Shown here: positions 1-11,300 of the stretch, piece after piece | Position numbering within the stretch: the first letter of the stretch is position 1 | Layout: every line of letters begins with the position of its first letter | NCBI GenBank assembly: GCA_905178155.1 | Contig: CAJINV010000020.1 | Span: forward strand, 186,001 to 250,000 | Direction: 5' to 3' | Source: Amoebophrya sp. A120 | Lineage: Eukaryota; Protista; Dinoflagellata | DNA length: 64,000 nt | The notes under the pieces: model-generated | What the model saw: only the letters and a program-made list of their open reading frames with translations | Told to the model about the DNA's origin: nothing | The model's database searches: none | Translations under genes and position numbers: made by a program

Positions 1-94
1 GGAAAATGCTTCTCATGGGGCTCCGCATGAGAAACAATTTCAGCATGCAGATTTGCAATACAACTATGGCGTGGGGACGTTTTTACATAGGATA
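1..94. mobile_element. Introner family E, partial (window edge); intron of the LRR gene
   Basis: 1-94 is the reverse-complement homologue of the left part of the element at 30772-31056 (…CTCCGCATGAGAAAC…GGGGACGTTTTTACATAGGATA). The LRR exon stops exactly at its end. Confidence 0.8.
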
Positions 95-95
95 T

Positions 96-1312
96 TTCGA
101 ACTCGAGCAGCATGTCGCACTCCAGCACGCGCAACTGCGGGAGTTGCTGAAGGTACGGCGCGATGTCCTGTGCAAAAGAGGTGATATTGACGCAGCGGTC
201 CACGCTCAGGTGAAATAACCGCGGAAAAGCCTGTTCTTGCGACCCCTCCTGCACCGCCAGAAAATCCAACGTCGTCAAGGGATTGGCAGAAAGGTCAAGA
301 ACCTGGTGCGCGTCGTGCGGGGTAGGAAAATAAGAATAACGTACGGAAGATGATGTCGAAACTACTTGGATATTGATTTTTTCTTTTTGTAGCAACATTC
401 TATTATTTCCCGCTCGCGTAGTCTTTCTAGTGGAAGTTATGCTTCCGTCGTAGGATTCCAACTTGCCAGTGCTTTACTTGGAGCAAGAAGCTGTACCAAC
501 CCGAAACAAAGAGAACAAGATACACAACCCTATCCTGTCATTACCACGAGATTTTCTGCCGCCTCTTCCCAAGCTCGCGGCGGCGCCACTTCCCGTAGAT
601 GGCAGTTGGTGATGGCCAGAGCACGGAGCTTCGGGCACTTTTTCTTCAGTACGCCCCATTCTGCGAGCGAGTCGTTATGATGGTATGGCACGAGGAATTG
701 TTGTACCCTATTTCGGCATGATCTACTTCTTCTGTACTCTGATTTAGCTGTTTAAATAAACCAAACGATCGTCCTGGTAATTCAGTGCTAAATCCCTGTG
801 GTAAGCACCAAATCCAAATGCAGAATGAGTTGTTGCGGACGACACTGATTTTATGCAACCGAGCCAGGTCTTCGTGGTCTTTCGCGGGCAGCAGATTTTC
901 CCCGTATCCGTACAAACCGTTTCCCCCGCAAATCGACGCTCTCCACGTCCGCAAGCACCGGTGTGTCAGTTCCTTGCTCGAGGCGCAGCAAAGCATGCTC
1001 GCTAAAGAAATACTCGTCAAGAAGCTCGGACAGGGCCCTGGGAAGTTGCTGCTGTAGCATCTTCTCCGGCTGCGCTTCCGGTGCATATGCAGTCCCAGGA
1101 TGAACAGGACGCTGCTGCGCGGCAGTAGTTGCGGCCCGAAGATGTAGATGTTGAACAACCGGATTGTTCATCGGTATTGGCACACCCCTAATATGTTGCG
1201 GCGGCTGCATGTAAGAAGTCCCGGGCGCGAAAGGAGGACGGTGCCCGCTGCTAGAAGATGCCGATGCCTTCCCAAACGGAAATCCACCAGAAACCGCGTT
1301 CTCGCCTCCCAT
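96..1312 (-). CDS. Leucine-rich-repeat protein, multi-exon, 3' end beyond window
   Basis: Minus-strand 96-303 reads VLDLSANPLTTLDFL…LFHLSVDRCVNI…LQQLPQLRVLECD (LRR pattern) behind a CAG acceptor. ORF 851-1312 has VESVDLRGKRF. Internal exons unresolved; apparent 1-nt frameshift near 905. Confidence 0.55.
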
Positions 1313-2335
1313 CTTGATGGTGAGTCATTTAACTCGCCACGGTATGAAACGCCTTGGGCCTGTAAGTGTGAAATCAAAATATATCCAACGAGAAAATACG
1401 AACAAATAATGCTCCAAAAAGCTGAGGGTGAATATACAACGCTATAGTCAGTTTCTCCATTAGCTGCGGTACGTGTGCTAATGAGGTCCTTGGCTTGATC
1501 TACGTTTCACCTGACGGGCAGGTTGTCCGATACGAAACAGAAAAGGCAATATGCGATCCTGATTGACAGTTTTTTTCTTTTACCAGTATGAATTCTGAGC
1601 AGGGCTGCACCTGTCACAAACAATGACCAAAGCGACAGACCTCGCCGGGAGGGTGCGTTGAATTGCAGGCGATTGGAAATGTTGGTGATCCACACACTAC
1701 TATCTAAATATTGCATTAGTGCTTCGACTTTTTTGCTTTCCAACAATACTAGCAGAATATAGGTGGACTCAGGGTCCACGTGGGACAAACAGCAACTGAA
1801 ACTCCACACACGGAGATGGAGGCTCTCTCTTCACATAAAGAAAAGTAATTCCAAAGCCCCCGTTCTGCTGAATGGATGCAAATAGGCCGCGCCAAGAAAA
1901 GGCTTGACTTTCTTCGATGTACTTTTCGAGATACGCAAACGTGACAGGCCCCACGTCAACGATGGGAACCGGAACGAACGCTCGATTACAAGGACGACCC
2001 GTGTCTGTGTTGCATCTGCCGCGCAGCGAGTTCTGCAGTGCAATGACTACAGTGACGAACATGATAATGAAAGCGAGTACTTTTCCATGTCTTCTAGCAG
2101 CGTGCTGACTGACGAGTCGCACGCCTTACTGTTTTGCATGCCGATGTGTCAGGACATCAAGGGGCTCCAAGTCGAAGTTTTGCATTCGAGCACCCTTTTT
2201 TTTTCGTTCGAATAGGCACAACATCATGGACCACCTCCAGCGTTCTTCTTCACCTGGCAAGAGCAACGCCTGCAATTTCCAAACCGTTCTATGACTGTGA
2301 TCGTCATCGTTTACATTTCAATAGGGACCACGAGA

Positions 2336-2420
2336 AGGAAGCAATAAATCAGACGAGCAAGGCGATTTCGGTGTTAAAAATGAATCCGTCAGCTCTGCAC
2401 GTCGTCACAATAATATCCTG
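2336..2420 (-). promoter_or_regulatory. Candidate SECIS-like stem-loop in glutaredoxin 3' UTR
   Basis: Minus strand GTGAC-GACGTGCAGAG…CTTGCTCGTC-TGAT: UGAN/NGAN core closing a helix of about 11 bp, outer AGGA/TCCT pairing. Apical AA not in the canonical position. Confidence 0.4.
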
Positions 2421-2721
2421 TTGAAAGTATGTTTGTATGATAACGTCCCGTCTACTGCCGATAGAAGAAGTTATTTTTTCATTTTGTACACGGTGCCGGC
2501 GGCGGCTATTCAGACAAGTTGCTGGTGCCCAACGGATACGTACAGGGCAACAACTGCATTGTGTGTACCTTAAGTACGTTCACTCCAGGTTGATGTATCA
2601 AACCCAGTTGGAGGATGCCGTCGAAGAAGACCGTGCCATAAACGGCCAAACAACGGCTCTTGGTTGATCCTGTGTGGGTTCAAGTAGTCTCTGAACAGGC
2701 TAAGTACTTACTTCCTTTCTT

Positions 2722-3885
2722 CTACTCGCGCAAAATCCGTAGCGTCTCGCTCGAGTCCTCGGTGGCGGACAGTGCCTTTTGGATCTTCCCGTTTTATTGA
2801 AGAAAAAAACCTTGCAAGTGTAGCTTTGTGATGCACGACATGGCAAGATCATTGCGTCTATCATGCTGCTCAGGCATTGTAGGGTGTATTCAACCTCATT
2901 TTCGCGTACTATCCGCGTATCGCAGGTTTTTGCGGTTATGCCAGACAGATTTGTAATGCTGTTCCGAGAAGAAAAATGTTACACCTACAATCTTTTTCTC
3001 TTTGATAAGTTTTGCAGCAGGCCTAGTATGCCCATCCAGGGGGCGGCCCCGTCGTTACAGCCGCCAACGCACACACCATTCACGAACGACTGAGGGATGG
3101 TGCGAGACCCATGGATATCGCTGGGAAAGGAACTGAGTACGTGCTGCGCGTAGTATTTTCAATGTCAAACAAATTAAGTGCTGCCTCGCTGCATGCAAAG
3201 TGAGTAAGTCTCTCGTGGGGAAACAAAACACTTCCCTTTCAAGAAGCTGCAGAACATCGTAAACAGAGAAGTGCAATTGCGGCCGCAAATTTGAATTCCA
3301 TGTGGTTTTTCTGCTCTCAAGTACCGGAACAAGAACAACCAGCTGCAGTTGTAAACAGGACACATATAATTATCCTTTATTTCCCCTGCGATATCCGCTA
3401 ATTTCTCGAAGCTCTGCCCGCTCGGCGTCCGTCATATTCTTGTGGTATACGAATTCGACCCCGCAGGTGTTCAGCGCGTCAACAATATGGAAATGAACTT
3501 TTGATGGCACCATGATGTTGACCAACATTGTTTCACTATTTTTCATCGCGATTTTTCCATGGTATTTCAAATTTCATTTCTGTCAGAATGTACATATCTT
3601 GCGGAAGACAGGCGTGTTTTCATGCACAGACTTTCTCTCTCTCCTCGCAGCAGCGCAGCCGTGCTGCGATAAACACCAAAAAACTACAGAACGAGATAAG
3701 TAACGAGAAAATAATGCACCGCCACAATATGAATATAGACCGTCGTGGTCGTAACTGCACCTTACAGCGCCAATAAAATGTTCATTTTCATAGCGGGTCC
3801 GCCTCACAAAGGGTCAGTAATCTTCTCCAAAAACCACCACCCGATGCTGCCGCGCGATTTGGCCCAGCCTTTTCGAGGCGGACAT
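2722..3885 (-). CDS. Glutaredoxin with in-frame TGA at the catalytic position (probable selenoprotein, UPFV), 116 aa, 3 non-canonical introns
   Basis: Exons 3885-3794, 3481-3395, 3111-3009, 2790-2722 give MSASKRLGQIARQHRVVVFGEDY[TGA]PFVRRTRDALNTCGVEF…ELREISGGSRTIPQSFVNGVCVGGCNDG…LLQNGKIQKAL: Grx motifs TVPQ-like, GGxD and GKL-like are all present. Confidence 0.8.
2795..3007. mobile_element. Introner (glutaredoxin intron 3)
   Basis: Ends TATTGAAGAAAAAAAAC / TATCAAAGAGAAAAAG (inverted), flanks CGTTT/AGTTT; removal gives LLQN-GKI. Confidence 0.75.
3116..3393. mobile_element. Degenerate introner (glutaredoxin intron 2)
   Basis: TIR TATCGCTGGGAAA / TATCGCAGGGGAA; duplication no longer visible; removal of element + 5 nt gives EISG-GSRTIPQ. 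Confidence 0.75.
3486..3792. mobile_element. Introner (glutaredoxin intron 1)
   Basis: TIR TATGGAAATGAACTTTTGATGGC / TATGAAAATGAACATTTTATTGGC; removal of element + 5 nt gives PFVRRTR-DALN in frame. Confidence 0.75.
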
Positions 3886-5120
3886 CGTGCTTCGGGACCC
3901 GCTGCCCCCAATTTTGCAGTACGAACTAGGGAGAACTAGAGGTGAGTCTAGTACTCGACTGACTGCACAAGGCTGGTGAATACCAGGGATTTCACGATCG
4001 CCGGTGCCATAGTAAGACGAATGGTGCTACAAGTGGGAAGTGAAGACAAGAGTATACTGCAAGGGTACAAGGATGCCAGTGCAACAAGGAAACACTGCTG
4101 AATCACAGAGAAAAAAAACGAGATAATGTACGACAGGTCTCTTCTCGTATTGTCAGGGCAAGGACACGAGATAGTACGAGTACCAGTGAAGTCATTAAGG
4201 GGCTCAATACGGATTCTAAACGGGCGGTACAGGAACTGCGAGGAAAAGTGATCGTGGCATAGAATTCTGCGCGGAAAAATAAGAAAGATGCTTTTCATCT
4301 TCACAGCTGTGCAGCTGACGTACTGTTTCATGATCTTGTCTGAAACTGTTGCCTTTTGTTCTCGTTAACGAAGCGGCCTATAGCGGCCGGAATACAGAGC
4401 GAAAAGAAAAGAAAACAGCATCACCACCAGCAAGGACTTGTTTTGAAAGGCGAACACGTTCAGAAGGGATTTTCCATCAAATAGATTTATGTCGCCTGCT
4501 CATACAATTACATATTTTTTCATTTTTCATGCGTGATATGAGGAGTGTAAGTACATGTGCATTCTTATGCTATTAAAGAAGTATACAGCGATTCACAAAA
4601 AATCTGCGCTACCAACACCCGGGTCGCTTGGCGGAACCGGCACAGGACGATTGTTGTAGTTCGCAGCTTCTATACAATGGAGCAGTTTTTTTTAGTAGAA
4701 CATTTTACTAGTAAATGCAATCTGGCTTGCAGCCTCCGTATTTCTATCTTGAAAAAAGGGTCGTACACGCTGAAACTGAATCGATATTCTGTCTTAAAAA
4801 AGGTAGTATTGTTTTTTGTTCTGAATACAAAGTCGAACTGTTCTCTTAAAAGGTGGTCTTCTTGGAATTTTGATTTATTTTTCCTCAAAAAAAGTATCAA
4901 TCTACAAGTCTGCTTCGTGGAGCGTAATTGCTAACGGTAACCCTGAATGCTGTATTTCTTTCCCTGACAAACAAATTGTGAACTAAATACTTACAAAAAT
5001 GAAAAATCTTTTGCCTTCGGCTTCGCGCTTGACGTTACGCGGTCCTTACTTAAATTGATGAAAACAATAATTCCAAAACGGTCTAGTACTTGAGGTGCCA
5101 AAACTTCACTTCATCGAATT

Positions 5121-5174
5121 CAACAACGACTTCTGATAATTGCCATCCAACAACGACTTCTGATAATTGCCCTC
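5121..5174. repeat. 27-bp tandem duplication
   Basis: CAACAACGACTTCTGATAATTGCC(A/C)TC x2. Confidence 0.9.
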
Positions 5175-6271
5175 CGAAGATATGATCTACCTGATACGCA
5201 GAAGCTTCAACTTCGTTTTCGTTTTCCCATTCCCGTCATACAGAAGATCTACTTCTCCCGTTCCCTGCGGTTGGAAATAGTGTGCGACACCTCCCCCATT
5301 TTTTTAGTACGCTTCCACCTACTCTGGCACTAGCATCGAAGCATCGATCAACAATGAAGAAGTTGCTCGAAGTGCACACAATCGGGCGATCATGGAATTC
5401 GTATTTGCGGTCTTTATCTCAAAAAGAGATAAATGCATCGTGGTAAAAATGGACCATAGTACAGAAAATTGTGCTCAGTAGACGAGCCGCAGTACTGTTG
5501 TTCGATGTTGACTCCTGGCAAGAAGGTTGTTCCAGACGAGGTGGATTGTTACAAACCACGTCCCACGGACAGTAGAGGAATTCGCGCTAGTGAAAAACTC
5601 AGGTAGTCATAACACACGAACCGAAAGTAAATCGTCGCAAAGGATAATTACTCCTCCAGCAAAGCCTCCTGGTCGGATATCGCAAGAAAAAAGTGCTTCA
5701 GTTACACATTTGTAGTGAATGAAGCATTACAACAAACTTGCCTTGCATGACAGAGAAAAGTTGCAATGCAGAGGGAAAACACGTATGAAATAATGCTCGT
5801 AAGCATTTTGTGCATGACAGCGCTTGTCTCTGTTGCTTGGTCTGTAACACTTTTTTCTTTGCATATCAGAAGAGACACTCGCGTCGTCCCCCGTGTGCGG
5901 ATAGGTGCTGTCCCCAGCTTCATTGCCTTCGTGGATGTCATTTTTTGCGTATGGGAGGATAATAAGTAGTGTCGTCAGGTCCTGCGCGTAGCTAGTGTTA
6001 GACTTACACTCCAGCTCCACTACTTGATTATACACCATTTGCATTTGCAGTGGATCTCATCACCCTCACCACAGAGCGCACCATAGTGCGGAACTTTGTC
6101 ACAAAGAAAAACTCCTGGAGAGCTCTGCTGTTCTTGATTCCAAAAACCATGAGGATGAGTGACGTTTTTGGTCCATGAAGTAATGCAGAAGGCGAAACTA
6201 GCAGAACTGCGAAAACGAGCAGCAGGTTGTTGGTGTCACTACATCTACAATAGACAACGACATTAATTTTT

Positions 6272-9266
6272 CTACTGCCATAGAGACTTGTCATGCTTCG
6301 GTAGGTTCCCGTCTTCCGTCATTCCGGCGTCCGCTGCCAGCGCGCCGAACGGGTAGACGCGCCCCTCCGCCAGGTCTCGCGCTCGCTGGCGCTCTTCCCA
6401 CTTTCGCACGAAGAAAGACTGGAGTACTGGGAGGCAGTAGCTGTACAGAAAGAACGAGATCAGCAGCACGACAGGCCAGATGTACCACCGGATCGCGGGG
6501 TTTATGCGCTTCCCGTCTGCGTCGAAGAGGTGAGGTGCCCGCCCGTGGCTTGTCAAGCGTGCATCTTTGACATCGGTTCCACGAAGAGCAGGACTCTGGC
6601 CCGGCGAAATCTCAGGCGGCTGGTGTGCGTCACGGCCTGGCGTCCGTGGCAAGCGGGCTGTCTTCGCAATTGCGGGGCGGGACGAGCTGCGTGGAGGCTC
6701 AGCTAGTAACTGAACGAATGCATTGGCATTGCCTCCCCCGTGCGCATTGTCCGGTACCGATTGCGGCGATTCATACCTCAATAGCCTCCGCATTTCGTCT
6801 GCCGCGTTGGCTATTGCTGATTTGTCCTCTTGGTGTTGGCTGCCCTGGCTCCATTCAACCCTGATTGCCTCTTCGACAACATCGTCCGCCCCCTTTTGTT
6901 CCGAATAAGAAAACGCCTTGCCCCCCATTTTCGGGAAAGTTTTGATGAACAGCCCTGCGGGCTTTTGCGCCGCTCGCTGCTTCGCCTCGTCGGCGCCGTC
7001 GGTTCCCGGCACTGCCCGTTGCAAGCTCTCGACCTTATATCGCCTGACCCTGCTTTTGCCTGCGTCTGGAGGACCGCCTTCTGGGTATAACAGAAACGAG
7101 GCCGTCACATCGCCGGCAGCTAATTTCACTTCACCATCTGGTGTGCCACCAGCCTCGCTTCCGCTGATCATCCGGGACTTCAAACCGTTAAAATTCTCAG
7201 CAACCACGTCCATCCTTAATCCGCCACTCCGCGTAAAGACATGCACGAAAAGAAACGGCTGCGTTAGCAGGCGCGATGCTTCTCGTACACTTTGCGCGAC
7301 GTCTGGGACCTTGAACCTTGCAGCGAAGCTGCGCGCGGTCAACGCGTTGCGCAGATTGCAGCCAGTAGAAACGTCCGCGTTTACTTGCCCCGCCCCCGCA
7401 GAAAGATACCACCAGTGCGGCGCGTCGCTCTTTCCTACAAATTCCACTGACTGCCCCCTGCTGTCCCTCAGGTCGAACGCGAGGTACCCTGCGATAAACG
7501 CCCGCTGACCTTCGTCATAGGCCGCAGGCGTGGGAACGACATTTCTCTGTTCTGGAACGAGGCGCACCGACAGCAAGCCTTGCTTGCTCATGCTTTGACT
7601 CGAGCGGCCCGGCAGGCCAATGGCCGCAAGGCCGTCAACGAGAACGACGAAGGGCCGGGCGCCCATATCGACGACCCGCTCGCTGCTCGTAAACTGCGTG
7701 GCGCAGGCGATATTGTTTTCGATTGCTGCAAGAACATCTCCTCCGAGCCGGCTGAAATAGTCCTGCGGGCGCCTCGCTGCGGCTTGACGGTGGAGCGCGG
7801 CGTACACGAGGGGCAGGGTTGTCGCGTCCTTCCCCATGTTTTCCTCTTCCGCGCACCCCTTCGCCACCAACAGCTCGGCCGCCGCCAAGGTTCGTTCTTG
7901 TGCCACGGGTCCGCGCGGTCCTTTGCCGAGCAAGGCTGCAACACAACGCAGCGCCAGCGCCGGCTCGTGGCCGCCCGTCACAGCAGTGGCCGCCGAGCTT
8001 CCCGAGGCAGCCTGTTTCCCTGGTGGCTGCGTCTGTGGCGGTGTCGCGCCGTCGCATGATATTGGTTCAAACACGACAGCCACCTCGTACGCCCCCACCA
8101 AATCCAATTCCACTTCCTCCGGTTCACTAGTTTCAGCTTCATTGTGCGCCTCTATTTGTTCCACCTTTTTTTCGGTGGTAAGATCCCTCGCTACAGTGTA
8201 TTTTTCTTCGCCAGTCTTCGACGAGCCAGCTTCCGATACTTCCTCCGCCATGTCATCTGTTAAGTCGGCCTGCTCGTCTGGGTTGCTGGGTGAGTATGCA
8301 TTGCAAATACGTCTGGATCTGGAAGTATGGAGACTTGTGACGCAGTCTGTCATCCACACAAAGAACTGCCATGCATGAGTAGCAAATGCTGTCCCTTGTT
8401 GGCCACGCTGATAGAGGGTTGCCCATGCAGAATAGTAGAGTAGAGTAGAGGGTAGCATGTTGCAGAGTAATCTCTCACAGAACCTGTGATGCGAGGCTAT
8501 GCATTCAAGACCTTCGTTCTGTGCGATGCAAAACCTGCGTCACAAACTTGTACACTTTCCGTCCCAGATCCAAACCTACTACTCAATTTGCACTTGATAG
8601 TTTGTTGCTTGTGAGAATACGGAAGCGCCGCAACCTGATAACGGGAGAGATCGTTAGCGTGTTCGCTTGTTTGCTGACGTGGACGGAAAAGTCGGGCTCT
8701 GGATCTGCTCGCACATCTCCAATCTCGCCCCAGTTTTCCCTGGCGGTCGCGCCCTCTTTGCCGGCGAGCAGAACATTTGTAACGAAGACGCCGGTGCTGT
8801 GGCTGGCAAACTCTTCGAGCTTCCAAACGTCATCCTTTTGTGTCTCAAAAAAGTCGGACACGTCGTTAATGTCGCCGCGGCCGGGCAGTCTTAAGAGCGA
8901 TTTGCTCCATGTGCTGCACACATTGATGGCACTTTCCTTGGGAGGAACGGGAAAGAACAACTTGTGGAGTGCTGGTGCCAACTCGGTATTAATTTTTGTT
9001 TCCCATGCCTTGCGCAGCCGTATCCCGTCCGCCACGGTAGATTTGGAATCGGGGGACACAGCATGGATGAGAGAGGTCCACGCGGTGAGGCTGATCGCCT
9101 GCCCGAGCCTCTCCGCCGGTGGGCGCGCTTCTTCGGGGGTCGTGATGTCTTCACCTTCTCCTTTTTCTGGGCCCTCTGCACCTTCTTCTATACCTGCGCC
9201 TCCTGCCTCTCTGCCAGGCGGCTGGCCAACGCCTCCACTCACCGCCTCCTGGGTGGCCCTGTGCAT
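6272..9266 (-). CDS. Hypothetical protein of about 894 aa with a C-terminal transmembrane helix
   Basis: ORFs 8583-9266 and 6272-8458 join in frame (SNK-PSNPDEQ) after removing 8291-8600; hydrophobic WYIWPVVLLISFFLYSYCLPVL near C-terminus. Confidence 0.65.
8295..8599. mobile_element. Introner family A (diverged copy)
   Basis: Left end TATGCATTGCAAATACGTCTGGATCTGGAAG, right end CCAGATCCAAAC…TTTGCACTTGATA; body colinear with 57645-57906; flanks GTGAG/GTTTG. Confidence 0.75.
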
Positions 9267-10599
9267 TTCGTGCGCCTAACCCTTCGCAACCGCAAAGCGA
9301 CAAAGACTGAAAACAATTCGGGCGGAAACGGTCCCGCGGTGCCGCGAAATCGCTGTATAGAGCGAGGCAAAAAATCTGCCTGGGGGGGAAGTGAACACGC
9401 AGTAGGAGCTGCGCGCGGGCTGTCGGGCTGGGACCGACATACCCGGGCGGGAAGTGGAGCGCGAGCGCTAAACGCAGATCAGCGGGCGGAGAAAGAAAAA
9501 GAAGCGCCCCAAGACGAACGGCCGGCCAGGGGGAGTCAAGCGGGTCGCGCCTGAATGCGTGCGCCGAACGAAGGCCAAAGCATGCCAGCGGACAGGCACA
9601 CCAAAAAATGGGAGCGGGGGGCACGCAGGAAAACAAGCCAGCCCCCCCAGCATGTGGAGGCTTTCCAGCACAAGCGAAAGGGGGCATCGTGAAAGCGCCG
9701 CCCCCGCCATCGCGATCACCCTTCGCCTTCTCATAGCCATCATGTGCTATTGCTGCTGGTTACAGCTATGCGTCGTGTTCAATGGGATCCTTTAGTCTCG
9801 TTCTAACGGGGGGCGCTCTTTTTTCAACCAGAGACAATGAGAAAGTGAAAGCCCGGCACCCACGTGGCCAAAAATTAAATGCCAGCGCCTGCCCTGGATT
9901 CTATTTCCAGGGGGCCAAGTAACTGGCCGGGCACTGTCGAGCCTGCCACGAAGGCGCGTCTGCCTAAGGGCTGGCGCTCAGAGAAACGGCTCGTGGCGGA
10001 GCGCCGCTTGTGTTAGCGGTGTCCAGATCAGGTCAGCGGCTTACTCCTGGTCAGCCTCCGCCTAGCCTTCGCTTAGCAACTCAACAGCGTGGGCTCTCGA
10101 AATCGGTCGGGGGCGCAAGACCCTAGAGAGGCTGCGGAGAAACAGACAACACAAGCCACGAGAAAGTCGCAGCCCCAAAGCCAAGACGCCGCTGAACTTC
10201 CCGGGCAACAGAAGCGATGCCTACGCCGTTGAACTCCCTGCGCCTCTGTCTCGTTTCGAGTTTTCCTTTCTTCTGCCCCCGAGACTTGGCCGCCTGTGCG
10301 CCGCTTCTACTTTTCTCGCGCAGTACTTTTTTTTTGTTGATGCGGGCGCGCGCGCCCTCAAACCAATGTCCGAGTGCCCTCGCCTCGCCTGCCTTTTGCT
10401 CTCGATTTCAGCGGCAAAAGCGCGCAGCTGCGCATGTCGGTTACAACTCGGCAGGCTAAGTCCCCACAGTTTAGCGACCAACGAGGCGCAACGCAAAAGA
10501 ACTGAATCCGAGAAAGCGGGGCCGCGCACATCCGTGCCGGAAAAGGGAAGGAGGCGGCGCCACAACGGCCGGCGTCCTGCAGGCCTAAAAGGGCCAGGG

Positions 10600-11030
10600 G
10601 GAGGGCTGGAGAGAAACCGAGAAAAGAGAAGCGGGGGAAAGGGGAACTGGAAAAAAGAAAAGCCGGTAAGAGGAGAAACCAGGAAAAAGAAAAAAGCCCG
10701 GAAAAAAAAAGAAAAGAGAAACGGGAAAAAAGGCAGCGGAAAAAGGGTAACCCGGAAAGGGGAAACAACAAAACCGAAAAAAGGAACACCGAGAAAAGAG
10801 AAACCGAGAGAAGCGGAACCGGGACAAGAGAAACTGAAAAAAGGGAAACCGAGAAAAGGGAAACCGGGAAAAGGAAAGCCGGGAAAAGAGAAACCGAGAA
10901 CAGAGAAGCTGAGCGAAGAGAAACCGAGAAAAGGGAAACCGGGAAAAGAAAAGCCAAGAACAGGAAAACAGAGAAGAGAAAAACTGGGAAAAGGGAGACC
11001 GAGACCCTCGGTCCCGAGGAAAGAGAAATG
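10600..11030. repeat. Imperfect ~15-bp purine-rich minisatellite
   Basis: Recurrent GAAACCG(A/G)GAAAAG(A/G) units; translates as KGKPG/KEKPR repeats on +. Confidence 0.8.
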
Positions 11031-11159
11031 AGCCGCCGCGCCTGCGGTTCACGATTGTCCATCCCCCCAGCCAAAGGCAGAAAAGAGGCGGGCCACAGGT
11101 CCGCACATAGAGAATGAAGGGCGCCGGGGCACTAGCCGCCCGGCCCCAGCACAAGAAAA

Positions 11160-11300
11160 GCAATGTAGTGCAAGCTTCTATAGACAAAAAACTATTTTTT
11201 AGGCGAGCTTGAAAAGCTACTCTCGTCCTGTCGTTGAAAAACAATGTAGCGCAAGCTTCTTAGACAAAAACTAATTGTCAGGCGAGCGCGAGCTTGAGCT
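11160..11300. repeat. Imperfect ~50-bp direct repeat
   Basis: CAATGTAG(T/C)GCAAGCTTCT(A)TAGACAAAAA(A)CTA…AGGCGAGC twice. Confidence 0.75.

Noticed and set aside
901-913. 13-nt micro-intron G-TACGGATA-CGGG fitting the rule
   Set aside because: Too short to be plausible; a single-base error explains the frame equally well.
1769-2122. Minus-strand ORF with a hydrophobic N-terminal segment
   Set aside because: May be an exon, but no motif or splice partner could be established.
10366-11031. Lys-rich ORF as histone H1 or DVNP
   Set aside because: Produced by a purine minisatellite that is open in several frames; no DVNP or globular H1 motif.
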